64,000 bases of DNA from Patescibacteria group bacterium. Its GTDB lineage: Bacteria > Patescibacteriota > Patescibacteriia > Patescibacteriales > UBA12075. This document shows, piece by piece, positions 37,718 through 47,982 of this stretch (positions are counted from its first letter, which is position 1; every line of letters starts with the position of its first letter). Under the pieces are notes generated by a model. It did no database searches and was not told the origin of the DNA. It was given only the letters and a program-made list of their open reading frames with translations. Position numbers and translations under genes: made by a program. The stretch covers positions 5,739 to 69,738 of the forward strand of contig JAYENK010000029.1 of NCBI GenBank assembly GCA_034722035.1, read 5' to 3'.

Positions 37718-40700
37718 ATGATAAAGATTGCAGCACGAAAATTTTTTAATAATAATAGATCGGCGATGCCCATGCCTGATTTAACTGAAATTCAAAAAAA
37801 TTCTTACGATTGGTTTTTACGTGAAGGTCTTAAGGATCTTTTTGATGAAATTTCTCCCATTACTGATTTTATTGGTCGGAATTTGGAGCTTAATTTTTTA
37901 GAGTATTTTTTAGATGAACCTAAATTTAATGAAAGTGAAAGTCGGGCAAAAAATGTCACTTACGAAGTGCCTTTGCGTGTTAAAATTCAGTTGGCGAATA
38001 AACGCACCGGGCAAAAAAATGAGCAAGAAGTATTTTTGGGCGATTTCCCTTTAATGACAGATAATGGCACTTTTATTGTTAATGGTATTGAGCGTGTGGT
38101 TGTATCGCAGTTAATTCGTAGCTCCGGTGTTATTTTTACTTCGGAAATGAATAAAAATATAAAGACTTATGGCGCAAAAATAATTCCAAATCGTGGTGCT
38201 TGGCTCGAAATTGAGACTGACGCGAATAAGGTGCTATGGGTAAGGATTGATCGGAAAAGAAAGGTGGCGGTTACTTCATTGCTTCGGGCTTTTGGCATTA
38301 GCAGTGATGAAGAAATTATTGATTTGTTTAAAGAAGCGGATATGGTTAACAATGAATCAGCCGGTTATATTGAGGCTACAATTAATAAGGATTTGGCTAA
38401 AAATGAGGCTGAAGGATTAAAAGAAGTGTACAAAAGAATTCGTCCTGGGGATTTAGCCACGACTGATAACGCCAGGCAGTTGATTCATTCGATGTTTTTT
38501 CGTTTTGATCGTTATGATTTTGATCGGGTCGGACGCTATAAATTAAATCGTCGTTTTAATCTCGATATTCCCAACAACAAAGAAACCAGAATACTTCGGC
38601 GAGAAGATTTGATCGAAATAATTAGAGAAGTAATTCGTTTGAATATTAGCAAGGAGCAAGAGGACGACATCGATCATTTGGGGAATAGGCGCGTACGTGC
38701 AATTGGCGAACTTATTCAAAATAAATTTCGCGTAGGACTAGCTCGGATGGAACGTATTATTAAAGACAGGATGAGTACAGCTGACATTAATATAATTACT
38801 CCGAATAAATTAATTAACGCCAGACCGGTTATTTCGATTGTAAAGGAATTTTTTATGTCATCACAGTTGTCTCAATTTATGGACCAAACCAACCCTTTAG
38901 CTGAACTCGAGCACAAACGTCGTTTGTCTGCCATGGGTCCGGGAGGGTTAACCAGAGAACGGGCCGGTTTTGATGTGCGTGATGTGCACACTACTCATTA
39001 TGGACGTATTTGTCCGATTGCAACTCCGGAAGGGCCGAATATCGGTCTTGTGGGGCATTTGGCCTCTTTTGCCAAATTAAATAATTATGGTTTTTTGGAG
39101 GCGCCCTATTATCGCGTTTTGCACGATGTTCAAAACGAAGAAGATATTTTACTTGATAAGATTGTCCGAGAGGATATTTGTGAAATTAAAGACTCCGGTA
39201 AAGAAGGAAAAATTATTGTTAAGGCTGGTGAGCGAATAACAGAAAAAACAGCAAAAAAAATAAAAAAATCAGTTTCGGCTGATAAGCTAATTCCGATTAA
39301 GCCAATAATGACCGATGAAATTGTATATTTGGACGCATTCAATGAAGAAAAATATATTACCGCAGCCGCAACCACTCCGATTGATGAGGACGGCTATTTT
39401 TTAATTGATAAATGTGAGGTAAGAAAATATGGCAACCCGGGGACAGCCGAAGTTAGTACAATTGATTTTATCAGTGTCGCGGCAAATCAGATTATTTCAA
39501 TCGCAACTTCGTTAATTCCTTTTATGGAGCACGATGACGGACAAAGAGCTCTGATGGGAACAAACATGCAACGACAGGCCGTGCCGTTGATATCGGCTGA
39601 AGCTCCAATAGTCGGAACTGGTGTTGAAGCTAGAGCCGCACTTGATTCCGGGCATGTAGTTATTGCATCGGAAGACGGAGAAATCGCAAAAGTGGATTCG
39701 GCAAATATTGAATTTAAGACAAAAAAGGGTAAAACAATTAATTACTCTCTTACTAAATTTTTAAGATCTAATGCCTCGACTTGTATCAATCAGCGTCCCT
39801 TGGTTAATGTTGGGCAGAAAATAAAGAAAGGAGACGTTTTGACCGACGGTCCTTCAATTGATAAAGGTGAATTGGCGCTTGGTAAAAATGTCTTAGTTGC
39901 CTTTATGTCGTGGGAAGGCTTTAATTATGAAGACGCGGTGATTGTTTCGGAAAGATTAGTCAGAGAGGATGTTTATTCATCAATTCATATTGAAAATTAC
40001 AAAATTGATGTGCGTGATACAAAATTGGGCGCAGAACTTATTACCGGTGATATTCCAAATATTGGTGAAGAAAAATTAAAAGATTTGGATGAAAAAGGAA
40101 TTATTCGTATTGGCGCCGAAGTTTCATCCGGAGATATTTTGGTTGGTAAAATTACACCTAAAGGTGAAACCGAATTATCGGCTGAAGAAAAGTTGCTTAG
40201 AGCAATTTTTGGTGAAAAAGCCAAGGATGTGCGCGACTCATCTTTGTATTTAGAGCATGGTGAACATGGTAAGGTGGTTGATGTGAAGATATTTTCTCGT
40301 GAAGACGGGGATAAGTTATCAGCCGGAGTACTACAATCAATTCAAGTGACAGTAGCCAATTTACGTAAGATTCAAGCCGGAGATAAAATGGCCGGACGTC
40401 ATGGAAATAAGGGGGTTATTTCTAAAATTGTACCGACCGAAGATATGCCGTATATGGAGGACGGAACGCCGATTGATATTATTTTGTCCCCCTTAGGCGT
40501 TATTTCCCGTATGAATCTTGGACAAACCCTGGAAACCCACCTTGGTTTTGCCGCTAAAAAACTAGGCTATACCGTAGCAACTCCGCCCCTTAACGGGTTA
40601 AGCGAAAAACAGATTAAAGGAGAATTGGAAAAAGCCGGTTTACCGACTGATGGCAAAATAACTCTTTATGATGGCAAAACCGGGACCGCTTTTGACAACA

Positions 40701-41092
40701 AGATAACAGTGGGGCATAAATATATGCTTAAGCTTAATCATATGGTGGAGGATAAGATTCATCAACGTTCAATTGGGCCATACTCTTTGATTACACAGCA
40801 ACCGCTTGGCGGTAAAGCTCAATTCGGTGGACAGCGTTTTGGTGAAATGGAAGTTTGGGCTTTAGAGGCTTATGGCGCGGCTCACACTTTGCAGGAAATA
40901 TTAACAATCAAATCGGATGATGTTCCGGGACGTTCTAAAGCTTATGAATCAATTATTAAAGGTGAAACAATTAAAAAGCAGAATTTACCGGAAGCTTTTA
41001 ATGTTTTGGTTCGTGAACTTAAGGGGCTTTGTTTAGATGTGGATCTTCTTGGTGGAAAAAAAGATAGCGACAAAAAAGAAGATAAAAAATAA
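37718..41092 (+). CDS. rpoB: DNA-directed RNA polymerase subunit beta
   Basis: 1124 aa with the canonical RpoB blocks (GPGGLTRERAGFDVRDVH, NMQRQAVPL, etc.). Confidence 0.97.
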   Translation: MIKIAARKFFNNNRSAMPMPDLTEIQKNSYDWFLREGLKDLFDEISPITDFIGRNLELNFLEYFLDEPKFNESESRAKNVTYEVPLRVKIQLANKRTGQKNEQEVFLGDFPLMTDNGTFIVNGIERVVVSQLIRSSGVIFTSEMNKNIKTYGAKIIPNRGAWLEIETDANKVLWVRIDRKRKVAVTSLLRAFGISSDEEIIDLFKEADMVNNESAGYIEATINKDLAKNEAEGLKEVYKRIRPGDLATTDNARQLIHSMFFRFDRYDFDRVGRYKLNRRFNLDIPNNKETRILRREDLIEIIREVIRLNISKEQEDDIDHLGNRRVRAIGELIQNKFRVGLARMERIIKDRMSTADINIITPNKLINARPVISIVKEFFMSSQLSQFMDQTNPLAELEHKRRLSAMGPGGLTRERAGFDVRDVHTTHYGRICPIATPEGPNIGLVGHLASFAKLNNYGFLEAPYYRVLHDVQNEEDILLDKIVREDICEIKDSGKEGKIIVKAGERITEKTAKKIKKSVSADKLIPIKPIMTDEIVYLDAFNEEKYITAAATTPIDEDGYFLIDKCEVRKYGNPGTAEVSTIDFISVAANQIISIATSLIPFMEHDDGQRALMGTNMQRQAVPLISAEAPIVGTGVEARAALDSGHVVIASEDGEIAKVDSANIEFKTKKGKTINYSLTKFLRSNASTCINQRPLVNVGQKIKKGDVLTDGPSIDKGELALGKNVLVAFMSWEGFNYEDAVIVSERLVREDVYSSIHIENYKIDVRDTKLGAELITGDIPNIGEEKLKDLDEKGIIRIGAEVSSGDILVGKITPKGETELSAEEKLLRAIFGEKAKDVRDSSLYLEHGEHGKVVDVKIFSREDGDKLSAGVLQSIQVTVANLRKIQAGDKMAGRHGNKGVISKIVPTEDMPYMEDGTPIDIILSPLGVISRMNLGQTLETHLGFAAKKLGYTVATPPLNGLSEKQIKGELEKAGLPTDGKITLYDGKTGTAFDNKITVGHKYMLKLNHMVEDKIHQRSIGPYSLITQQPLGGKAQFGGQRFGEMEVWALEAYGAAHTLQEILTIKSDDVPGRSKAYESIIKGETIKKQNLPEAFNVLVRELKGLCLDVDLLGGKKDSDKKEDKK

Positions 41093-41119
41093 AATTAATT
41101 AATATATAAATTAAATATT

Positions 41120-44100
41120 ATGTTAAATCCGATAAAAACTACTGATTTTGACGCCATTAAACTCAAATTAGCGTCTCCCGATGTTATTTTGAATTGGTCT
41201 AACGGCGAAGTTATTCGACCGGAAACAATTAATTATCGTACGCAAAAACCGGAAAAAGACGGCTTGTTTTGTGAAAAGATTTTTGGCCCATCCAAGGATT
41301 GGGAATGTTATTGTGGAAAATACAAAAAAATTCGTTATAAAGGGATTGTTTGCGATAAATGCGGCGTGGAAGTGACACGCAGCATTGTTCGGCGCGAGCG
41401 TATGGGGCATATATCTCTAAAAACTCCTTGTACTCACATTTGGTTTTTACGCGGTTTATCATCAAAAATAGGTTTGCTTCTGGACCTATCGATGCAAGCT
41501 ATGGAAAAAGTGGTATATTTTGCCAATTTTATTATTATTGATGTTAACGAAGATTTAAAAAGCGCTACAATTGATCAGATTAAAAATGAGTTTGAGCAAA
41601 AAAAGAAATCGATTGGAAATGATTTTAATAAGCAAATTACCGGGATTAAAAACCGAAAAGGAAAATTAATGGAAGAAGGAAAGGATCGTGCGGAGGCTGA
41701 CGAAGAAATCGGTAATGGAATTGATGCTTTGGCCTCGCTTAAAGAAGAAAAATTGAAAAATCTTCAAAAGGCTTTTGAGCAAGCGCAAAAAGAACTAAGA
41801 GATTTAAAGCCGCTTTTGATTATTTCAGAAAGTGTTTATCGGAATTTGAGTCTTAAATATGGACATATTTTTGAAGCCGGTATTGGGGCTGAGGCAATTC
41901 GGAAACTACTTGAAAGAATTGATTTGAAAAAAACAATTACCAGTTTTGAGAATGAACTTAAAGACGCAATTGAATCGAAAAAAGACAAACTGACTCGTCG
42001 TTTAAAGCTTTATAAAAGCTTAGAAGCAAATAATTTAAAACCGGAATGGATGATTTTGACTGAAGTGCCGATTATTCCCCCGGATTTGCGTCCGATGGTT
42101 GCTTTGGATGGGGGTAGATTTGCCACTTCAGATTTAAATGATTTGTATCGAAGGGTTATTAATCGTAATAATCGTTTAAAACAATTGATCGATCTTAACG
42201 CGCCGGAGGTTATTTGCCGCAACGAAAAACGTATGTTGCAAGAAGCGGTTGATGCTTTGATCGATAATTCAGCTCGGCACGGTAAAACCGTAATTGCCAG
42301 CACAGGACAAAAACGTATGCTCAAGTCTTTGGCTGATTCGCTTAAAGGGAAGCAGGGGCGTTTTCGTCAAAATTTGCTTGGTAAAAGAATCGATTATTCC
42401 GGACGAAGTGTGATTGTGGTAAATCCAAAGCTCAACCTTGATCAGTGCGGACTTCCAAAAATTATGGCTTTGGAATTGTTTAAACCGTATATTATAAATA
42501 AGTTAATTGAAAAAGAAATAGTGCATAATGTCCGTTCTGCTTCTCGTTTTATTGATTCCGGTGAAGAGAAGATTTGGGATATTTTAGAAGATATTATAAA
42601 GGAGTCTTATGTAATGCTTAATCGCGCTCCGACTTTGCATCGACTCGGTATTCAGGCTTTTAAACCGATATTAATTGAAGGTAAGGCTTTGCAGATTCAT
42701 CCGCTTGTGTGTACCGCATTTAATGCTGATTTTGATGGAGATCAAATGGCGGTTCATGTTCCTTTGACAAAGGAGGCTATTAAAGAGGCGAGTGAATTAA
42801 TGCTTTCGTCCAAAAATTTGCTTAAACCTGCTACCGGAGATCCGGTTGTAGCACCAAATCAGGATATTGTTTGGGGCACTTTTTATATTACCAGCATATG
42901 GGATGAAGACAAAGATAAAAAAGAAATAAAAAGTTTTTCTGACGAAACCGAGGCAAAGTTAGCCTATGAGCTTAAAAAAATTGATTTACATGAATTAATC
43001 CAAGTTCGTTTGGATGAGAAGGATATAATAAAAACTTCAGTTGGACGAATTATTTTTAATGAGATTTTGCCGGAAAAATTGCGTTTTGTGAATGAGGTTG
43101 TTGGCAAGGGGGGGCTAAAAAACCTGGTAAAAGATTGTTTCAGGCACTATGGTCCGGACAAAACTGTTCATTTTTTGGATGATCTAAAACTTAAAGCTTT
43201 TAGTTTTATTACAAAAAGCGGACTTTCTTGGGGGATGAACGATTTATCAAATTTTTCTGAGAAGGATGAGTTGATTGCCAAAGCTCAAGAAACAGTTGAG
43301 GGTATTCAATCTCAATACGAGGAAGGTCTTTTGACTGATTCGGAGCGTTATGCCAAAGTTATTGAGGTTTGGAGCGGAGTGAAAGAGAAAGTGACTGATA
43401 TTTGCAAAGACGGGCTTGATCGAAGCGGACCGATTTATTCTATGATTGAATCCGGCGCGCGTGGTTCTTGGGCGCAGTTAACGCAAATACTCGGGATGAA
43501 GGGACTCGTAACTTCTCCGTCCGGTGATATTATTGAACTTCCGGTAAAGGGAAATTTTAAAAATGGTTTTGGCGCTCTTGAATATTTTATTTCGACTCAT
43601 GGTGTGCGCAAAGGTTTATCTGATACCGCCCTTCGTACTGCAAGCGCCGGATATTTGACTCGCCGCTTGGTTGATGTATCGCAAGATGTAATTGTGGCAG
43701 ACAATGATTGCGGTGACTCGGACGGTTTTACTATCAGCGAGGAAGAAAGCAAAGTTATGGGAACTACACTTGCAGAGAGAATCGTCGGACGCTACGCCGC
43801 TAAAGATATTATAAACACAAAAGGTAAAGTTTTGATAAAAGCGGGAGACTTAATTGATGATGAGGTATTTGATAAAATTGAAAAAGAAGAAATTAAAGAA
43901 GCAACAATTAGATCGGTTTTATCTTGTAAGCTGCATCGCGGTGTTTGTGTAAAATGTTATGGCTGGGATCTGGGACATCATCGTGATGTTTCTTTGGGGA
44001 CCGCTGTTGGCACAATTGCCGCTCAATCGATTGGTGAGCCGGGAACACAGCTTACTATGAGAACATTTCATACCGGTGGTGTTGCCGGTAGCAATGATAT

Positions 44101-45079
44101 TACTCAAGGGCTGCCGCGAGTTGAAGAGATTTTTGAAGCTCGCTCGCCTAAGCGCAAGGCTATTATTGCCAATAAATCCGGTACTCTAAAAATAGAAGAA
44201 GCCGAGCGGACTATTGAGGATGAAAAAGGCAAAATTACCGTGTCAAATCCACAAGAGAAAATTTTGAAAATAAAATATTTAGGTGAAGCGGCCAAGTCTT
44301 ATTATTTAGCTGAAATTATTAAAGAGTTTAACGCGGAAAACAAGAAAAATAAAATAAGCAAAAAAGATTTAAAGATTTTGGTTAAAGACGGAGACACGAT
44401 TAAATTGCACGCATCGATTGTGGCGATTGGAAGCAAGAAAATTAAGTCTGATATATCCGGGGTGGTGGATTTGAGTGATAAGCGAATTAAGATAAAAGGA
44501 GAAGAAAAAAAGGTAAAAGAATATATCGTCGCCAAGGGGATGTCAATATTGTTTAATAATGGAGATAAAATTAAAAAAGGCGATCAATTGACTGATGGTA
44601 GTGTTGATTTACAGCAATTATTTAAGCTACGCGATAGATTGCAGGCGCAAAAATATATTATTAAAGAAATTCAAAGTGTATATTCTTCGCAAGGGCAGCC
44701 GCTAAACGATAAACATATCGAAATTATCGCAAAACAGATGTTTTCTCGTTTTCTTATTACGGTTTCCGGCGATACTGAGCTTTTGCCGGGCGAAATAGTG
44801 GAAAGCGCTATGTTTAACCGAGCCAATAAAAAGGCGATAGAAGCAGGTAAAGAACCGGCTAAGGCTGATTGTTTACTCCTTGGCATTACCAAGGCATCCC
44901 TTACGACTGATAGTTTTTTATCATCGGCTTCTTTTCAGGAAACGGCTCGGGTATTAATTGACGCGGCTGTTGGCGGTAAGATTGATTATTTGGAAGGACT
45001 TAAGGAGAATGTTATTATCGGTCGTTTAATCCCTGCCGGAACAGGATTTAAGGGGAAGCAAGAGAGAGCGGAATATTAA
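41120..45079 (+). CDS. rpoC: DNA-directed RNA polymerase subunit beta'
   Basis: 1319 aa; Zn finger CYCGKYKKIRYKGIVCDKCGVEV, catalytic NADFDGDQMAVH. Confidence 0.97.
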   Translation: MLNPIKTTDFDAIKLKLASPDVILNWSNGEVIRPETINYRTQKPEKDGLFCEKIFGPSKDWECYCGKYKKIRYKGIVCDKCGVEVTRSIVRRERMGHISLKTPCTHIWFLRGLSSKIGLLLDLSMQAMEKVVYFANFIIIDVNEDLKSATIDQIKNEFEQKKKSIGNDFNKQITGIKNRKGKLMEEGKDRAEADEEIGNGIDALASLKEEKLKNLQKAFEQAQKELRDLKPLLIISESVYRNLSLKYGHIFEAGIGAEAIRKLLERIDLKKTITSFENELKDAIESKKDKLTRRLKLYKSLEANNLKPEWMILTEVPIIPPDLRPMVALDGGRFATSDLNDLYRRVINRNNRLKQLIDLNAPEVICRNEKRMLQEAVDALIDNSARHGKTVIASTGQKRMLKSLADSLKGKQGRFRQNLLGKRIDYSGRSVIVVNPKLNLDQCGLPKIMALELFKPYIINKLIEKEIVHNVRSASRFIDSGEEKIWDILEDIIKESYVMLNRAPTLHRLGIQAFKPILIEGKALQIHPLVCTAFNADFDGDQMAVHVPLTKEAIKEASELMLSSKNLLKPATGDPVVAPNQDIVWGTFYITSIWDEDKDKKEIKSFSDETEAKLAYELKKIDLHELIQVRLDEKDIIKTSVGRIIFNEILPEKLRFVNEVVGKGGLKNLVKDCFRHYGPDKTVHFLDDLKLKAFSFITKSGLSWGMNDLSNFSEKDELIAKAQETVEGIQSQYEEGLLTDSERYAKVIEVWSGVKEKVTDICKDGLDRSGPIYSMIESGARGSWAQLTQILGMKGLVTSPSGDIIELPVKGNFKNGFGALEYFISTHGVRKGLSDTALRTASAGYLTRRLVDVSQDVIVADNDCGDSDGFTISEEESKVMGTTLAERIVGRYAAKDIINTKGKVLIKAGDLIDDEVFDKIEKEEIKEATIRSVLSCKLHRGVCVKCYGWDLGHHRDVSLGTAVGTIAAQSIGEPGTQLTMRTFHTGGVAGSNDITQGLPRVEEIFEARSPKRKAIIANKSGTLKIEEAERTIEDEKGKITVSNPQEKILKIKYLGEAAKSYYLAEIIKEFNAENKKNKISKKDLKILVKDGDTIKLHASIVAIGSKKIKSDISGVVDLSDKRIKIKGEEKKVKEYIVAKGMSILFNNGDKIKKGDQLTDGSVDLQQLFKLRDRLQAQKYIIKEIQSVYSSQGQPLNDKHIEIIAKQMFSRFLITVSGDTELLPGEIVESAMFNRANKKAIEAGKEPAKADCLLLGITKASLTTDSFLSSASFQETARVLIDAAVGGKIDYLEGLKENVIIGRLIPAGTGFKGKQERAEY

Positions 45080-45100
45080 TTTATAAGCCGTTTATATAAT

Positions 45101-45132
45101 AAAAAAACCGACGCGTTTGCGTGGGTTTTTTT
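45101..45132. terminator. Bidirectional terminator between convergent rpoC and porB
   Basis: aaaaaaaccgacgcgtttgcgtgggttttttt. Confidence 0.45.
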
Positions 45133-45142
45133 ATTAAAATAT

Positions 45143-46087
45143 TTATAATCCGTATTTTCTTATATTTTCATCAGCTAATTTTTGAATTAGTTTAAGCTGT
45201 TCTTTGCCTTGCGGAGTTTTGAAGAGATGGGCGAAACGACCTTGCAGCTCCAAGTATTTTTTTATACCTATTTTTGGCTTGGGCGTTTTTAAAACATTCG
45301 TTAGTTCGCCATTTTCAAATTCCAAGACCGGATATAGGCCGGTTTGGGCAGCCAATCTACCAAGCGTCAGGGTTTGGTCCGGTTTGACGCGCCAACCCGG
45401 AATGCATGGTGTCATTATTTGAATATAGGCAGGGCCTGGAGTGGCGGCCGCTTTTACTGCTTTTTGTTTGATATCTTCCAAGTACCCAATAGTAGTTTGA
45501 GCGACATAATTAAGACCGTGTGCCAAGGCAATTTTAATCATATCTTTTTTGCGTTGATGTGAGCCGATTGCGTCAATTTCTTTGCCGCTACCGGACGGGG
45601 TAGTGGTTGTGCTTGAGCCCCATGGAGTAGCACCGGAAGCTTGCATGCCGGTATTGGAATAAGCTTCGTTGTCATAGCAAACATAAAGAATGTCTTCCTC
45701 TCGTTCCCACATACCGCTAATTAAGCCAAAACCGATGTCAAAAGTACTCCCGTCCCCGCCTTGCGCGAGAACTTTGACTTTTTTATTTAGCTTTTGCTGT
45801 TTGAGCGCGGCTTCGACGCCGGAGGCAACGCCGGCTGCGTTTTCAAAAAGAGAATGAATCCAAGGCACGCGCCAGGATGATTCGGGATAAGGAGAGGTGG
45901 TCACTTCCAGGCAGCCGGTATTATTGGCAATGATTGTTTCCGGTCCGAGCGCGTCAATTACAACACGGGCGGCCAAATTTTGGCCACAGCCGGCACAGGC
46001 GCGATGCCCCGGAGCAAGCAAGTGTTTTTTTGATTTAGGTCTTGTGGCTGTTTTGGTTTTTTTAATAGTTTTCGTTTTTGTAGGCAT
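45143..46087 (-). CDS. porB: Pyruvate/2-oxoacid:ferredoxin oxidoreductase beta subunit (TPP-binding)
   Basis: N-terminal Cys cluster HRACAGCGQ, TPP motif GGDGSTFDIGF. Confidence 0.85.
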   Translation of the reverse strand: MPTKTKTIKKTKTATRPKSKKHLLAPGHRACAGCGQNLAARVVIDALGPETIIANNTGCLEVTTSPYPESSWRVPWIHSLFENAAGVASGVEAALKQQKLNKKVKVLAQGGDGSTFDIGFGLISGMWEREEDILYVCYDNEAYSNTGMQASGATPWGSSTTTTPSGSGKEIDAIGSHQRKKDMIKIALAHGLNYVAQTTIGYLEDIKQKAVKAAATPGPAYIQIMTPCIPGWRVKPDQTLTLGRLAAQTGLYPVLEFENGELTNVLKTPKPKIGIKKYLELQGRFAHLFKTPQGKEQLKLIQKLADENIRKYGL

Positions 46088-46110
46088 AGGTATTATTAGT
46101 TTATTATCTT

Positions 46111-46320
46111 TTAGTTAACCGGTAAAACCTGTTTCATATCTTTTAAATTTTGTATTTTATCAAATTGTCCGGTAAATTTGCTTGCGTCAAGAATTTCAAT
46201 CAATATTGGTTTGCCTGCCCGAGAAACATGGATTAAAATATTGCCCACTTCGCGTACATGGCTGATTTTACCTTTAGCCAGTTCAATGCTGACTATATTG
46301 GCTTCTGCATCAAATATCAT
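46111..46320 (-). CDS. DUF2283-family small protein (putative antitoxin-like partner)
   Basis: MIFDAEANIVSIELAKGKISHVREVGNILIHVSRAGKPILIEILDAS is the DUF2283 pattern. Confidence 0.6.
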   Translation of the reverse strand: MIFDAEANIVSIELAKGKISHVREVGNILIHVSRAGKPILIEILDASKFTGQFDKIQNLKDMKQVLPVN

Positions 46321-46329
46321 TCTTTCTTC

Positions 46330-46362
46330 AATTAAGAATTAAAAATTAAAAATTAAGAATTA
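46330..46362. repeat. AT-rich dispersed element dimer in the 49-bp gap between the DUF4258 and DUF2283 genes
   Basis: caattaagaattaaaaattaaaaattaagaatta. Confidence 0.45.
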
Positions 46363-46369
46363 TTTTTTA

Positions 46370-46585
46370 TTATTTTACAGGGAAAAAGGTTATTACTTTA
46401 ATTATTTTATTTTCACTACTATAAATTACATTAATGTTATTTTTGATAGCTGAAAAATATTTACCCTTTTTTTTAGTATCATCCGGATTCGCAATCGTAT
46501 CTTCAATTTGTTCCCGCGTAAAAAACACCTGATGTCTATTCAGTATTTCAAATTTTTGATCTGCGTATTTACTAAAATATATCAT
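46370..46585 (-). CDS. DUF4258-family protein (putative toxin-like partner of DUF2283)
   Basis: MIYFSKYADQKFEILNRHQV...IKVITFFP. ATG at 46585 with an AAGGA ribosome-binding site; the track's GTG at 46600 is probably an upstream extension. Confidence 0.6.
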   Translation of the reverse strand: MIYFSKYADQKFEILNRHQVFFTREQIEDTIANPDDTKKKGKYFSAIKNNINVIYSSENKIIKVITFFPVK

Positions 46586-46594
46586 TTTTTTCCT

Positions 46595-46618
46595 TAGCAC
46601 ATTCTATGGAATGTGCTA
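46595..46618. promoter_or_regulatory. Perfect 10-bp inverted repeat (TAGCACATTC-tatg-GAATGTGCTA) at the 5' end of the DUF4258 gene, a candidate autoregulatory operator
   Basis: Seen directly. It overlaps the ribosome-binding site and start region on the minus strand. Confidence 0.35.
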
Positions 46619-46706
46619 GTATTATTAATTTGAAAACAGAAAAATATTAGTAATATTAAAATTAAGATAAAAGCATAAAATTATCAGGAAAGACCAATGA
46701 TAGTTA

Positions 46707-47402
46707 TTAGTTAGAATTATTTTCATTGCATTGTCCGTCCATTGTACATGCATCTTCTCCTTCGCCCGAAACAAGCTGGCAATGATATGTGTATCCACTT
46801 GGTAGAGCACCTTGTTTACGACATTCTTTGTGAGATATTGCTGACTCCTTTTTTTTCTTTTTGCAAGCACAAAGTAACCCTATATGATCGTTTGCGCTAC
46901 CTGGGCAGTAACTTTCATCTTTTTCATCCCATGTTATTAAATCTACTCTATTTTTCCAGTAGCACTCTGAATGATTGCTCATATCAACAACACTCGGTGT
47001 CTCCAGCTTAATCGCTGTCATCGTCAATAAATTCGGATTAACCATATATAACAAAGTATAAGACGAAAGGGCTAGAATCAAGCCGGTCAATGATGAAAAA
47101 ATCCATTGTTTAGCGTTGTCCATTTTGCTGGCGTTGCCGGCGGCCGTAATATATAATACTCCACCATACATCATTACCACCGTTGCCAAAATTCCAACGA
47201 TACCAAGGGCGTAAGTATAAATTGCATTTATTAGATTTCCGATTGAGTTGGGACCAATTTTTTTGTGACTAAATCCAATTTGATCAATAACTTGGGCGTC
47301 AAAATCTATTGCTGCCTGTACCGAGCTAATTTGTGCAAATAAAATAATGAATAAAAATAGAAAAAATAAAGGAATGATGTGTTTTGTTGTTTTTTTTGTC
47401 AT
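46707..47402 (-). CDS. TrbC/VirB2-like pilin family protein with a Cys-rich C-terminal domain (secreted)
   Basis: Signal peptide, then two hydrophobic helices (...YALGIVGILATVVMMYGGVLYITAAGNASKMDNAKQWIFSSLTGLILALSSYTLLYMVNP) typical of the TrbC/VirB2 fold. The C-terminus has 9 Cys. Confidence 0.45.
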   Translation of the reverse strand: MTKKTTKHIIPLFFLFLFIILFAQISSVQAAIDFDAQVIDQIGFSHKKIGPNSIGNLINAIYTYALGIVGILATVVMMYGGVLYITAAGNASKMDNAKQWIFSSLTGLILALSSYTLLYMVNPNLLTMTAIKLETPSVVDMSNHSECYWKNRVDLITWDEKDESYCPGSANDHIGLLCACKKKKKESAISHKECRKQGALPSGYTYHCQLVSGEGEDACTMDGQCNENNSN

Positions 47403-47418
47403 AAGTTATTTGATGACT

Positions 47419-47691
47419 CTATAAACAGTTATATATATCGTGTTTTCCGATTGATATAAAAGTAATCTCTCCATTGATTTGACGCTCGAATATAATTCGA
47501 TAATTTTTGTTAATTGAAATTGACCAGGCATTTTTTAACCGTCCATGTAGTTCGTGCATTCTTAATGATGAGTGAAGAGGATTGATTTTAAAGATTTTTT
47601 CTGTAGTAATTGCTTTTTTTATTATTTTTTTTGGCAATTTTTTTAATTGCTTTGCAAATTTTTTTGAATATTTTATTTTTACTACGATCAT
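47419..47691 (-). CDS. relE: RelE/ParE-family toxin (type II toxin-antitoxin system)
   Basis: KIKYSKKFAKQLKKLPKKIIKKA...YRIIFERQINGEITFISIGKH. Has a 4-bp ATGA overlap with the upstream antitoxin. Confidence 0.75.
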   Translation of the reverse strand: MIVVKIKYSKKFAKQLKKLPKKIIKKAITTEKIFKINPLHSSLRMHELHGRLKNAWSISINKNYRIIFERQINGEITFISIGKHDIYNCL

Positions 47692-47921
47692 AATAGATCA
47701 GCTATTGAATTAGCCTTAATTAAAGTTCCTTTTTTATATTCTTGCCTAGCTTTTTTAATCATTTTAGCTAGACTGTCTTCAGAAATAATATTATCATCTC
47801 CGTCCATTTCAAGTAGATACTTAATATAACTGCTAATTGATTTGTATCCGCGTTTTTTTACCCTGTTTTTTATTTCTTTGATTGTTTTTCCTGGCATAGA
47901 AAGACTTAAAATTTCACGCAT
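47688..47921 (-). CDS. Antitoxin partner of RelE (77 aa)
   Basis: Small protein directly upstream, translationally coupled to the toxin. A palindromic operator lies upstream. Confidence 0.55.
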   Translation of the reverse strand: MREILSLSMPGKTIKEIKNRVKKRGYKSISSYIKYLLEMDGDDNIISEDSLAKMIKKARQEYKKGTLIKANSIADLL

Positions 47922-47943
47922 AAATTTATTTTATTTATTATTG

Positions 47944-47963
47944 TGTAATACAAGTGTATTACA
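47944..47963. promoter_or_regulatory. Perfect 9-bp inverted repeat TGTAATACA-ag-TGTATTACA upstream of the antitoxin, a candidate toxin-antitoxin operator
   Basis: Seen directly in the promoter region of the minus-strand antitoxin-relE pair. Confidence 0.4.
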
Positions 47964-47982
47964 AATTAATATTTTTGTCAAT

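Noticed and set aside
46625-47011. ORFs 46625..46870 (minus strand) and 46742..47011 (plus strand) overlapping the pilin gene
   Set aside because: They overlap the 3' half of the longer signal-peptide-bearing TrbC-like ORF and have no independent support.
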